From Candidatus Sulfomarinibacteraceae bacterium (GTDB lineage: Bacteria; Acidobacteriota; Thermoanaerobaculia; Thermoanaerobaculales; Sulfomarinibacteraceae), in NCBI GenBank assembly GCA_963796455.1, contig CAWCLO010000006.1:64001-128000 (forward strand): a DNA stretch of 64,000 nucleotides, given 5' to 3'. Position 1 is the first letter of the stretch, and the number at the start of each line of letters is the position of its first letter. Shown one piece after another: positions 12,444-24,405 of the stretch. Made by a program: the position numbers and the translations under genes. The notes beneath the pieces were generated by a model. It ran no database searches. It saw nothing but the letters and a program-made list of their open reading frames with translations, and was not told the origin of the DNA.

Positions 12444-15400
12444 ATACCAGCGACGGCCCAGTATCGAATCGGGGCGCAAACCAACGATAGATGGCGGGGA
12501 GCACCAACAGGGTGAGCGCAGTTGCTGTCACCAGGCCACCGATCACGACCGTCGCCAGAGGCCGCTGCACCTCCGACCCGGTCCCGGTGGACAACAACAG
12601 GGGGAGGAGACCGAGAGCGGTGGTCGTGGCGGTCATCAACACCGGCCGCAAACGCATTACGGAGGCCCGAACGGAGGCCGTATCGACGTCGATTCCCTGC
12701 CGCACCATCTTATTGAGAGAGCTCACCAGCACCATGCCGTTTTCGAGGGCGATGCCAAAGAGGGCGATGAATCCGACCGAGGCGGGCACCGACATATTCT
12801 GACCGGAGATCCAGAGCGCCGCGATTCCACCCACCAGCGCCAGGGGAATGTTGAGCAGAATCAAGGCCGAGCTCGCCAGCGAGCCGAAACTGAAATACAA
12901 CAGTAAAAAGATCAACAGCAGGGTCACGGGCACCACCAGGGCGAGCCGTTGGTTGGCCTTGCGCTGGAGCTCGAACTGACCACCCCAGGTCACCAGGTAC
13001 CCGGCCGGGAATTCGACCGCCTCATCAATGGCGTGCCCGGCCTCCTCGACAAAACTCCCGATGTCGCGATCCACCACGTTGCACTGAACGGTGATGAACC
13101 GTTGTCCGTTTTCGCGCGTGATCTGACGCGGGCCGACGACATCTTTGATCTCGGCCAGTTGTGAGAGTGGCACGGTGGCCCCATTTGGAGCCGGCACCAG
13201 AATCGACGCGACAGCCTCCGCCGTGTCCCGGGCATGCTCGGGGTAACGCACGACGATCTCCACCCGGCGAACACCCTCGAAGACCTGTCCGGCGCCTTCA
13301 CCACCCACCGCCGCTCGAATCACGCCCTGCACGTCTTCCACGTTGATGCCCCACCGCGCCACGGCCTCGCGATCGACCTGAATCAGAAGCTGCGGGGTGC
13401 CCGTGATCTGATCCGCCTGCACATCGGCCGCACCACGGATCTGTGTGACCACGCTCGAGACCTCGTCGGCCTTTTGCTTGAGGGTGTGGAGGTCCTCCCC
13501 GAATATTTTGATGGCGAGCTCGGCGCGGACCCCTTCGAGCAGCTCTTCGACCGACATCTGGATCGGCTGGGTAAAGCTCGTGAGGACTCCCGGGATATCA
13601 CCCAGATGTTCTCTGATGGAGGACTCCAGTCCTTCCTGGGTAGAGACCCTCCACTCGTCTTTCGGCCGCAGCAGGAGAAACATCTCGGCACTATTGACCG
13701 GGTCCGTATGAGCACCCACCTCACCACGACCGATCCGGGTGACCACCGACGAGACTTCGGGCATCTCCATCAGACGTCGTTCAACGCGCAGCGCAGTGCG
13801 GGTGCTTTCGCTCAAGGCGATGGATGGCGCCATCGTCAATCGCAGAACGAGGGTTCCTTCCTCCAGTTTGGGGGTGAATTCAGATCCGAGCTGGGGCAGG
13901 ATCACGACGCCGAGAACCATCAAAACGACTGCCAACGCGATGGCGACCCGGCGTCTCGCGACGAAGAAATGCAGCAATTTTCCGTACGGTATTTTGAGGG
14001 CGGCCATCATCCGGTCGCCGATCGTCGCACCGGCGGCCGGCGGTCGCCGCATGAGCAGCCAGGCCAACACCGGAGACACGAAAATCGCGTAAATCAGTGA
14101 ACCAACCATGGCCATGGTCACCGTCGCCGCAAGCGGTCTGAAGGTCTTGCCCTCCACTCCCTGGAGCGAAAACAGCGGGAGAAAGACAACGACGATGATG
14201 ATGATGGCAAAAAAGATGGGTCGCGCGACTTCGCCACAAGCGCCCGCCACCACGCCGATCCGCGAGGCGCCGGGATCCGATTTCCGCAACATGCGATCCA
14301 CGTTTTCGACCATCACGATCGTCCCGTCGACCATCATCCCGATCCCGATCGCGAGCCCACCGAAGGACATCAGATTGGCCGAAATATCGAAAACACGCAT
14401 GCCGATAAAGGCCGTCAACACCGAGAAGGGTATCGCGCCGGCGACAACCACGCTGGCGCGGGCGTTTCCCATAAAAAACGGCAGCACGAGCACCACAAGC
14501 CCGATTCCGATCAGAAGGGCCGAGGTCATGGTGCGGACCGCCGATTCGACCAGGCTTTTCTGCTGATAATAGGGCACGATCAACACGCCTTCCGGCAGGA
14601 TTCGATTGATCTCGGCGAGCTTTTCTTCGACCGCGCCGATGACCGTCGACGAGTTGGCGCCAAAGAGCTTGATCACCTGTCCCGCAACCACCTCTCCAAC
14701 TCCATTGCGAGTCTGAACACCGCGTCGGATGGCGCCACCGACCCGGACCTCCGCCAGATCGCGGAGAAACACCGGGGTCCCGTCAACTGTTTTGATCACC
14801 ACCCGATCGAGATCCGGGATCCCGGTTGCCAGACCCATTGAACGAACCACCAACTCCTCGGAGTTGCGCTCGAGAAACTGGGCGCCGACGTTGAGATTGT
14901 TGGCGCGGATCGCATGGATCACATCGGCCAACGATACGTCGTAGCGGAGCAGGGACGACGGGTCGACGATCACCTGAAACTGTTTCTCCCAACCACCGAT
15001 TCCCAATACCTCGGTGACACCCGGAACCGTCTGCAGCTGGTTTTTGACAACCCAGTCCTGGATCGTCCGAAGTTCCTCGAGAGAGAACTGTCCGGTGGTG
15101 TCCTCGATGTAATAGAAGAGGATCTGGCCCATGCCCGTCGAGATCGGTCCCATCTGCGGATCGCCAAAACCCTCCGGAATCTGCTCCCGAGCCTCCTGAA
15201 GTCTTTCACCCACCAATTGACGGGCAAAATAGATGTCCACCTGGTCCGCAAAGTAGATATTCACCACCGAGAGACCGAAGTTCGAGATCGAACGGATCTC
15301 CTCGACCCCGGGCAGACCGTTCATCGCCATCTCGAGCGGAAAGGTGACGTAGGTTTCGATCTCCTCAGGCGCCAGACCCTCGGTGAGAGTGAAGACCTGA

Positions 15401-15540
15401 ACGAGATTTGGTGACACATCGGGAAACGCATCCACCGGGAGTTGTGTGTAGCTCAACCACCCGGCCGCCATGACGAGGACCGAGAGCACGATGATCAACA
15501 GGCGGTTCGACAGCACCCCGGAGATAATTCGTTCCAGCAT
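12433..15540 (-). CDS. czcA: CzcA-type heavy-metal efflux RND permease
   Basis: LPVDAFPDVS, GLAPEEIE..VT.P.E, ANLMSFGGLAIGIGMMVDG, RLRPVLMTA, GSEVQRPLATVVIGGL. Start MLERI behind GAGGAGG. Confidence 0.9.
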   Translation of the reverse strand: MLERIISGVLSNRLLIIVLSVLVMAAGWLSYTQLPVDAFPDVSPNLVQVFTLTEGLAPEEIETYVTFPLEMAMNGLPGVEEIRSISNFGLSVVNIYFADQVDIYFARQLVGERLQEAREQIPEGFGDPQMGPISTGMGQILFYYIEDTTGQFSLEELRTIQDWVVKNQLQTVPGVTEVLGIGGWEKQFQVIVDPSSLLRYDVSLADVIHAIRANNLNVGAQFLERNSEELVVRSMGLATGIPDLDRVVIKTVDGTPVFLRDLAEVRVGGAIRRGVQTRNGVGEVVAGQVIKLFGANSSTVIGAVEEKLAEINRILPEGVLIVPYYQQKSLVESAVRTMTSALLIGIGLVVLVLPFFMGNARASVVVAGAIPFSVLTAFIGMRVFDISANLMSFGGLAIGIGMMVDGTIVMVENVDRMLRKSDPGASRIGVVAGACGEVARPIFFAIIIIVVVFLPLFSLQGVEGKTFRPLAATVTMAMVGSLIYAIFVSPVLAWLLMRRPPAAGATIGDRMMAALKIPYGKLLHFFVARRRVAIALAVVLMVLGVVILPQLGSEFTPKLEEGTLVLRLTMAPSIALSESTRTALRVERRLMEMPEVSSVVTRIGRGEVGAHTDPVNSAEMFLLLRPKDEWRVSTQEGLESSIREHLGDIPGVLTSFTQPIQMSVEELLEGVRAELAIKIFGEDLHTLKQKADEVSSVVTQIRGAADVQADQITGTPQLLIQVDREAVARWGINVEDVQGVIRAAVGGEGAGQVFEGVRRVEIVVRYPEHARDTAEAVASILVPAPNGATVPLSQLAEIKDVVGPRQITRENGQRFITVQCNVVDRDIGSFVEEAGHAIDEAVEFPAGYLVTWGGQFELQRKANQRLALVVPVTLLLIFLLLYFSFGSLASSALILLNIPLALVGGIAALWISGQNMSVPASVGFIALFGIALENGMVLVSSLNKMVRQGIDVDTASVRASVMRLRPVLMTATTTALGLLPLLLSTGTGSEVQRPLATVVIGGLVTATALTLLVLPAIYRWFAPRFDTGPSLVSTD

Positions 15541-15550
15541 CGTCACCTCC

Positions 15551-16744
15551 TCAGTGACCGTGGCCGTCGCCAAAGGACCCTTTTCCAAGCTCCGCCTTGA
15601 GGCTGAAACCGCCTTCCGCCACATAACGATTACCGCGAGCGATCCCCGAGACAATTTCGACCGTCGAGGCAGATCTGCGGCCCACCTCTACCGGCCGGAG
15701 CTCGAATCCATCGTCGGTCTCGACAAAGACCACCTCGTCGCCGTCCTCCATCCGGATCACGGCGGAGATCGGTACGACAACCCGAGCCGCGCTGACCGAG
15801 GTCGTCACCGACGCGTTGACGAAACAGCCGGGGTGCCATATTCCGTCAGTGTTGGCCGCGACGATCCGCGCCCGCGCGGTTCTGGTGTCCTCACCGACCA
15901 GCGGTTGGACGAAACCAATCTCGAGTTCGGCCTTTTCGCCGTGTTCAGTGACTACATCGACCTTCTGGCCCGCCCGCACCGAACCGATATCCCGTTGATA
16001 AACCGAAAGGTCGATCCAAACGGTCCCGAGATCGGCCACCGTGAGCACCGGCGATCCGGCGTCCAGGGTCTCTCCAATCGTGATGTGACGATCGATGATC
16101 GTTCCGTCAAAAGGGGCGGTCAAACGATAGACCGTGAAATCGGCATCGTGTTGTTCGGAGAGACCGTCGAGGTTCTGCTGCGAAAACCCGAGGGCATGGA
16201 GCTTCTGTTCGGCCGCTCGCCGCGCGATACGAGCCTCGGCGAGGCCCCGACGGGCGTCAAGATAATCCTGTTCGGAGGAAATCCGTTCGTTCCAGAGGCG
16301 CTCTTCGCGGCGGAAGGTGGCATCGGCCAGCTTGAGGCGTTCCGCGGAGGCGAGAAAAGAAGCCTTGGCATCCGCCAACTCCCTGCTCTCGAGCACCGCA
16401 AGAAGCTGCCCGGCACGGACAGTGTCGCCCAGACTGACGAGCACCTCGTTGACAACCCCCCCCACTCGTGGGGCCACATGGGCCATCCGATCTCCGTTGA
16501 CGCGGACCTCACCGGGGAGATTCACCGTCACCGCAACTTCACCCGCCTGTGCAGTCTCGATACGGATGCCCAGTCCGTCGACGGCTCTCGGGTCGAGGTG
16601 CACGACCCGTGAGTCGGTATGCGTTTCCACCCGTTCATGAACGAGCTCATCCACAGATGGTGCGCCGCCACAACCCGAAACCGCAAAAACGAGGAGAACC
16701 GAGAGTCCGATGCATGGTCGCCAATCTGATCGTCTACCGTTCAT
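15551..16744 (-). CDS. czcB: CzcB-type RND periplasmic adaptor
   Basis: Lipobox VSGC; lipoyl-like VSLGDTVRAGQLLAVLES; C-terminal LKAELGK...GHGH. Confidence 0.85.
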   Translation of the reverse strand: MNGRRSDWRPCIGLSVLLVFAVSGCGGAPSVDELVHERVETHTDSRVVHLDPRAVDGLGIRIETAQAGEVAVTVNLPGEVRVNGDRMAHVAPRVGGVVNEVLVSLGDTVRAGQLLAVLESRELADAKASFLASAERLKLADATFRREERLWNERISSEQDYLDARRGLAEARIARRAAEQKLHALGFSQQNLDGLSEQHDADFTVYRLTAPFDGTIIDRHITIGETLDAGSPVLTVADLGTVWIDLSVYQRDIGSVRAGQKVDVVTEHGEKAELEIGFVQPLVGEDTRTARARIVAANTDGIWHPGCFVNASVTTSVSAARVVVPISAVIRMEDGDEVVFVETDDGFELRPVEVGRRSASTVEIVSGIARGNRYVAEGGFSLKAELGKGSFGDGHGH

Positions 16745-18033
16745 CGCTCATCTCCGTCTTCCCTGTCCGATTCGGAATCGGAAGCCATCTCAATATCAAG
16801 CGACCGGCCCACCAACCTTTCGAGTTCAGCTCGCGCCAGAGCGTATTCCTCGAGACTGTCGAGCATGAGGCTGCTGGCTTCAAAAAATGCCCTCTGGGCC
16901 GCGATCACATCGATGAAAGCAAATTTGCCCTCGCGATAGCCGATCTCCACCGCCGACAAGGCTCCGGCCGCCGCCGGCACCACGTCCGAGCGGGTCGTGC
17001 GTGCCGCCTCGGCCGCGGCCAGGAGCTGCTCGCAGACAATTACCAGCTCCGCCTCCAGCGCCACTCGCGCGTTTTCCGCGTCAAATCGTGCCCGTTCGAA
17101 ATCGAACTCGGCCGCCTTGCGGCCACCCTGGTTGCGATCAAAAATCGGGATGGACACGCTCAGACCGGCAACCCATGCCGAATCGCCGGTCTCCTGGAAT
17201 CGACGTGGTCCCACGGAGAGGGCCAGATCGGGGATCCTCAAAGATTTTTCGAATGCGAGCGCCCGTTGGCCGCGTTCGATTTCGTCCTCGAGACGCCGGA
17301 TCTCCGGGCTTGTCGCCATCATCTGCCGGAGCTCATCGATCGCAGGCGGGTTGATCGCTTCAGGGAGATCTCCAATCGCCCGGTCAAAGCTGACTGCCGT
17401 CGATCCCCAGCTAGCTGCCAGGCGAGTGTTTGCCGCCCGGAGCGCGCGATTGGAACGCGCCACCACGAGTCGAGCTTGCGACGCTTCGATCTGCGCCCTT
17501 GTCGCCTCCACAGGTGAGACCTTGCCCGCATCGACCCTGGCCTGGACGACCCTGCTGAAATCCTCGGACACCCGTAACAAACGGACCGACAGTTCCTGTC
17601 GTTGTTGCGCCGCGAGAACCGCGACAAAGGCCGCATTGGTGCCGGCGATGATGTCGAGGCGCACGCTTTCGAGATCTCGCCTGGCAAGTTGTGCGTCCGA
17701 CTCGGCAACGCCACGACGACGCGACGGTTTGCCACCGAGTGGAAATGGTTGACTGAGGACGGCGGTGGATTCCGCCGACTCGAAGCCTGTCAATTCGTCG
17801 CCCCCGCCAAAATTTTCGACCTCGAGATCGATCTCCGGATTCGGCCAGAGACCGGCCTGGAGGGCTCGCGCATCAGCCGCCGAGACCCCTTGGGATGCAC
17901 CCCGAAGCGCCGGATGGAGATCGAGCGCCCGTTGAATTGCACCATCGAGGGTGATTTCGTTGGCATCGATCGTCACGGAGATCACAAAAGTGGCAGCCGT
18001 GAACAGCCCAATACGTATCAATCGTTTCGTCAT
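16741..18033 (-). CDS. czcC: CzcC/TolC-family outer-membrane channel
   Basis: QAGLWPNPEI, SIPIFDRNQG, YREGKFAFIDVIAAQR. Start MTKRL behind GAGGTGAGG. Confidence 0.85.
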   Translation of the reverse strand: MTKRLIRIGLFTAATFVISVTIDANEITLDGAIQRALDLHPALRGASQGVSAADARALQAGLWPNPEIDLEVENFGGGDELTGFESAESTAVLSQPFPLGGKPSRRRGVAESDAQLARRDLESVRLDIIAGTNAAFVAVLAAQQRQELSVRLLRVSEDFSRVVQARVDAGKVSPVEATRAQIEASQARLVVARSNRALRAANTRLAASWGSTAVSFDRAIGDLPEAINPPAIDELRQMMATSPEIRRLEDEIERGQRALAFEKSLRIPDLALSVGPRRFQETGDSAWVAGLSVSIPIFDRNQGGRKAAEFDFERARFDAENARVALEAELVIVCEQLLAAAEAARTTRSDVVPAAAGALSAVEIGYREGKFAFIDVIAAQRAFFEASSLMLDSLEEYALARAELERLVGRSLDIEMASDSESDREDGDER

Positions 18034-18104
18034 TTCCTCACCTCTTCGAATACACAAGGACCGGTTTCAGGCCCGGTCGTGGAGAATTCGGAATGGCGAG
18101 GTTT

Positions 18105-18512
18105 CTATGTCCGGAGAATGACCGAAGAAAGCGCGTCGGACAACCAGTCCAGCTTGTCCGCATCAACGCCGGTCAAAGCAAGATCTCGATCGTGAGTGAC
18201 GACGCGGTCGATACGGCCCAAGGCGATCGAAGAGGCCATGGCGCAGGACTTTTTCGCGGCCCTCAAACTCTCGACACCGATCCCGAGATCGACACAATCG
18301 CGACATCCACCCGCAGATTCTTCGAAGCTCGGCACCGTGTTCCGGCCCGAGCTGAGATCGGCGGCCAAACAACATGTCGCGGTCGTGGTCTCGAGATCGA
18401 CGTGGCCGTCATCCCCTACACACAGAACAGCCCCATCCACCGCCATACCCGCAAAGAGCATGAACAGTGTTAGCCACCACGTTGTGATGATCGATGTCCT
18501 GCGAAATCTCAA
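18105..18512 (-). CDS. Cys-rich exported small protein upstream of the czc operon (candidate metal-sensing leader)
   Basis: Hydrophobic N-terminus; C..DDGH, CC, CRDC; ends SSVILRT 71 nt before czcC. Confidence 0.65.
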   Translation of the reverse strand: MRFRRTSIITTWWLTLFMLFAGMAVDGAVLCVGDDGHVDLETTTATCCLAADLSSGRNTVPSFEESAGGCRDCVDLGIGVESLRAAKKSCAMASSIALGRIDRVVTHDRDLALTGVDADKLDWLSDALSSVILRT

Positions 18513-18627
18513 AATTCACGACCTTCGCCCGCTCACGGGGCTTCTTCGGGACCACGCGCATCCAATTCGAGGATACCTACCTTTCGAGAACGCGGAGGTA
18601 TCGATCGTGTAAAAACCCCACAGGTGA

Positions 18628-18789
18628 TCAACTCAGCGGATTGAATCGCGATCCACCGATTTTTTTCTCCGCCTCTTCCACTTCGGCACGCCGGTCATTC
18701 GAAACGCCCCACCGCGCGAAGAGTGCCGGCACAACGACCAGGTTGAGCACGGTCGAACTGAGCAGACCACCGAGGATCACCACCCCGAT
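18628..18789 (-). pseudogene. Remnant of a third RND permease (final TM helix plus tail)
   Basis: IGVVILGGLLSSTVLNLVVVPALFARWG...* matches the RND TM12 consensus (compare czcA TVVIGGLVTATALTLLVLPAIY). There is an in-frame stop just upstream and no RBS-backed start. Confidence 0.75.
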
Positions 18790-18883
18790 TCTTTGTTACA
18801 CGACGACTGAGTATCTCAGGATCGGCGAAGCTCTCGCTCGAGCGGCCGCTCTTTGTCACCAGACTCCGACCTGTGCGAGAGGG

Positions 18884-19375
18884 TCACCTGGACACGATTT
18901 CCCCACACCGGGGCATGCCGCCGTAAGGGTTGCCGATCTCTTCATCGGGTTGGAGCCACGAGCGCTTGTGCATCGGGCAGTAGGCCACGGCCGGTCGGCC
19001 GCTTTCGGCAACGCCCTGGCGCCACCGCACCATCGGTTTTGTGAGGTCATAGAGGCCGTCGCGCGCCGCCTCGAGAGATCCTGCCGAGGCGATCGCGTCA
19101 GCGGCAGCAATCATCTCGTCGAGTTGTTCCTCGACCACCACGGCGGCCTCTCCGGAAGCTCCGGCACGCTCGGCGCTGAAATCGGCATCGAGCGCTCGGA
19201 GTTCGGTGGCGATCGCCTTGCCGTGCGCATTGACCCCCTCCAACGAATCTTCGAGCAACGCCAACCGAATTGGCTCGTAGTGCTCCATCACCGCATTGAA
19301 TGTGCTGCCAGCTGCACTCCAACCGAGAGCACTCAACGCGACCAGAAATGTGCATATCAATACTGTTCTTTTCAT
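18884..19375 (-). CDS. Exported DUF3347-like metal-binding protein
   Basis: Signal peptide; YCPM, WLQ..EEIGNPYGGMPRCG; last gene of the cus operon. Confidence 0.8.
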   Translation of the reverse strand: MKRTVLICTFLVALSALGWSAAGSTFNAVMEHYEPIRLALLEDSLEGVNAHGKAIATELRALDADFSAERAGASGEAAVVVEEQLDEMIAAADAIASAGSLEAARDGLYDLTKPMVRWRQGVAESGRPAVAYCPMHKRSWLQPDEEIGNPYGGMPRCGEIVSR

Positions 19376-19376
19376 T

Positions 19377-22300
19377 TCATTCTCCCTTTGATTCAGTGTG
19401 TGTTGTATCGAACAGGCCCGTCTTTTGCAGACCCACAGATTTCCAGATGAAAAAGATTGCGGGGTAGACCAGGAGTTCTCCGAAGAACGATGTCACGATG
19501 CCGCCGACCATGGGCGCGGCGATGCGGCGCATGACGTCGGCGCCGGTGCCGGTGGCCCAGAGGATGGGCAGCAGGGCGATGAAGGTGGTGGCCACGGTCA
19601 TCGCCTTGGGACGGATTCGCTGCACCGCGCCGTAATCCACCGCCTCGGTGAGGTCCGCCCAGGTAGTCATCTGCCCCTTTGTCTTCCACCGCTCGTAGGC
19701 GATGTCGAGGTAGAGCAGCATCACGACCCCGGTCTCGGCGTCGAGGCCGGCAAGGGCGATCAACCCGACCCAAACGGCGATCGACCAGTTGTAGCCCAGG
19801 AAGTACATCAGCCAGATCGCTCCCACCGCCGAGAAGGGCACAGCCAACAGGACGATGGCGGTCTTGATGAAGGACCTGGTGTTGAGGTACAGGATCAGAA
19901 AGACCAGAAAGAGGGTGATCGGAACGATGATCAGCAGTCGCGCCTTGGCGCGCTCCATATACTCGTATTGTCCCGACCAGAAAATCGTGTAGCCAGGCGG
20001 CAGCTCGATCTTTTCTGCGACCTCTTTTCTGGCCCGTTCAACCCAGGTGCCGACGTCGATGCCGCGGAGATCCACATAAACCCACGCGTTGGGGCGGGCG
20101 TTCTCGGATTTGATGGCGGGCGGTCCCTGGTGAATGCGGATGGCGGCCACCTGCGACAGGGGCACCTGCGCCCCATTGGGCGCCGTGACCAGGGTATCCG
20201 CCAGTGCCTCGATATTGTCGCGAAGCTCGCGCGGATAACGCACGTTGATCGGATAGCGCTCGAGCCCCTCAACCGTCCAGCTCACGTTCATCCCACCGAT
20301 CGCTGACATGATGACATCCTGAACATCGCCGACCGTGAGCCCGAATCGCGCGGCCGCTTCGCGATCGATTTCGAAGTCGAGGTACGAACCACCCATGACC
20401 CGTTCGGCATAGGCCGACAGGGTGCCATCGAGAGGTTTGACCACCGCCTCCACCTCCTTGCCGATACGTTCGAGCTCGCTCAGGTCGGGTCCTCCGATCT
20501 TGATGCCGACCGGAGTCTTGATCCCGGTGGAGAGCATGTCGATGCGGGTCTTGATCGGCATCGTCCAGGCATTGGTGAGACCTGGGAACTGGATCGCCCG
20601 GTCGAGCTCGTCGATCAGCTTCTCCTTGGTCATCCCCACCCGCCACTCGGATGGGTCCTTCAAGACGATCGTCGTCTCGATCATCGACAAGGGAGCCGGG
20701 TCGGTGGCGGTTTCGGCGCGTCCGATCTTGCCCAACACCGACTCCACCTCGGGAAAAGTGGCGATGATCTTGTCGGTCTGCTGCAAGAGCTCCTTTGCCT
20801 TGGTGATGGAGATCCCAGGGAAGGTCGTCGGCATGTAGAGCAGGTCGCCTTCCCACAACGGGGGCATGAACTCCGAACCGATGTGTTGCATTGGGAACCA
20901 GACGGAGGCCACTGTGACGATCGCCAGCACCACCACCAGCCAGCGCCATTTCAACGCCACGTTGAGTGCCGGCGTGTAGACAAAGCGAAGCAGCCGCGAA
21001 ACCGGATGCTTTTTTTCCGACCGGATCCTGCCGCGAACAAACCAGAACATGAGTACCGGGATCACCGTGACCGCAACAACCGAAGCCATGGCGATCGAGT
21101 AGGTCTTGGTGAATGCGAGCGGTTTGAAGAGACGGCCCTCCTGCGCCTGGAGCGTGAACACCGGCATGAAGGAAACCGTGATCAAGAGCAGGCTGAAAAA
21201 GAGGGTCGGCCCGACTTCCTGCGCCGATCGGAGGATGATCTCGAAGTGGCTGCGCTCTCCCCGCCACTCTTCATAGTGTTTGTGGGCGTTCTCCACCATG
21301 ATGACCGCCGCATCTACGAGAACGCCGATCGAAATTGCGATCCCCCCAAGCGACATGATGTTGGCTCCCAGGCCCTGCATCCGCATCACGATGAACGCGA
21401 GAAGGATGGAGACCGGGATCGAGATGATGGCGACAAAGGCCGAACGAAAATGGAAGAGGAAAACGATACATACAAGTGCGACAATGATTGACTCTTCGAT
21501 GAGGGTGTCGGTCAGGGTCTCGATCGAGTCGTGGATCAGCTCGGTCCGGTCGTAGGCGATCGAGATCTCCACATCATCGGGTAATCCCGCCTCGAGTTCG
21601 GCCAACCGCTCTTTCACCCTGGCGATGGTGGAAAGGGTGTCGGCTCCCGAACGCACCACGACCACCCCGCCCACGGTCTCTCCCTCCCCGTTCCAATCGG
21701 CAACACCGCGGCGGATCTCCGGACCGATGGTGATATTCGCCACATCGGAGAGATACAAGGGCGTACCGCCGGCGCCGACACCGAGAGGGATCCGTTCGAG
21801 ATCGCGAATTTCTTTGATGTAGCCGAGACCTCTGACCATGTACTCGCGTTCGCCCATCTCCACCAGGCGGCCACCGACGTCGTTGTTGGAGCGTTGGATC
21901 GCGGTCCTGATCTCAGCCAGCGACACATCGAATGCGCGGAGGCGCACCGGATCGACTTCGACCTGGTACTGGCGCACGAAGCCGCCGAGCGAGGCGACCT
22001 CGGAAACCCCCTCGACCGACATCAGGCCGTATTTGAGATACCAATCCTGGTAGGACCGCAGGTCGGCGAGTGACCGTTCCTGAGAATTGAGCACGTACAT
22101 GAACGCCCAACCGACCCCGGTGGCATCGGGCCCGAGCTGTGGGGTGACCCCGTCGGGCAGTTGGCCGGAAAGACCGTTCAGATATTCGAGCACCCGGGAC
22201 CGTGCCCAGTAGAGGTCGGTGCCATCCTCGAAAATCACATAGACAAAGGAAAAACCGAAGAACGAATAGCCCCGAACCACCTTGGCAAAGGGCACCGAGA

Positions 22301-22520
22301 GCATCTTCGAGGTCAACGGATACGTGATCTGATCTTCGACGACCTGTGGCGCCTGGCCCGGGAACTCGGTGTAGATGATGACCTGGACATCCGAAAGATC
22401 CGGAATGGCGTCGAGGCGGATGGTGGTCATGGCCCACCACCCCCCGAGGAGGGCGACGATCACCCCGATGACGACGACGAACTGATTCTTGAGGGACCAT
22501 TCGATGACACGGTTCAGCAT
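19377..22520 (-). CDS. cusA: CusA/SilA-type Cu/Ag efflux RND permease
   Basis: LDAIPDLSDVQVIIYT, YWARSRVLEYL, LGPDATGVGW, MPTT.PG, PAPLSMIET, WTMPIKTRIDMLSTG (Met triad). Confidence 0.95.
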   Translation of the reverse strand: MLNRVIEWSLKNQFVVVIGVIVALLGGWWAMTTIRLDAIPDLSDVQVIIYTEFPGQAPQVVEDQITYPLTSKMLSVPFAKVVRGYSFFGFSFVYVIFEDGTDLYWARSRVLEYLNGLSGQLPDGVTPQLGPDATGVGWAFMYVLNSQERSLADLRSYQDWYLKYGLMSVEGVSEVASLGGFVRQYQVEVDPVRLRAFDVSLAEIRTAIQRSNNDVGGRLVEMGEREYMVRGLGYIKEIRDLERIPLGVGAGGTPLYLSDVANITIGPEIRRGVADWNGEGETVGGVVVVRSGADTLSTIARVKERLAELEAGLPDDVEISIAYDRTELIHDSIETLTDTLIEESIIVALVCIVFLFHFRSAFVAIISIPVSILLAFIVMRMQGLGANIMSLGGIAISIGVLVDAAVIMVENAHKHYEEWRGERSHFEIILRSAQEVGPTLFFSLLLITVSFMPVFTLQAQEGRLFKPLAFTKTYSIAMASVVAVTVIPVLMFWFVRGRIRSEKKHPVSRLLRFVYTPALNVALKWRWLVVVLAIVTVASVWFPMQHIGSEFMPPLWEGDLLYMPTTFPGISITKAKELLQQTDKIIATFPEVESVLGKIGRAETATDPAPLSMIETTIVLKDPSEWRVGMTKEKLIDELDRAIQFPGLTNAWTMPIKTRIDMLSTGIKTPVGIKIGGPDLSELERIGKEVEAVVKPLDGTLSAYAERVMGGSYLDFEIDREAAARFGLTVGDVQDVIMSAIGGMNVSWTVEGLERYPINVRYPRELRDNIEALADTLVTAPNGAQVPLSQVAAIRIHQGPPAIKSENARPNAWVYVDLRGIDVGTWVERARKEVAEKIELPPGYTIFWSGQYEYMERAKARLLIIVPITLFLVFLILYLNTRSFIKTAIVLLAVPFSAVGAIWLMYFLGYNWSIAVWVGLIALAGLDAETGVVMLLYLDIAYERWKTKGQMTTWADLTEAVDYGAVQRIRPKAMTVATTFIALLPILWATGTGADVMRRIAAPMVGGIVTSFFGELLVYPAIFFIWKSVGLQKTGLFDTTHTESKGE

Positions 22521-22549
22521 GATCCCTCCCTTCCGAGGGCGACATCAGC

Positions 22550-22660
<111 letters not shown>

Positions 22661-22668
22661 TCGCGGCA

Positions 22669-24401
<1,733 letters not shown>

Positions 24402-24405
<4 letters not shown>

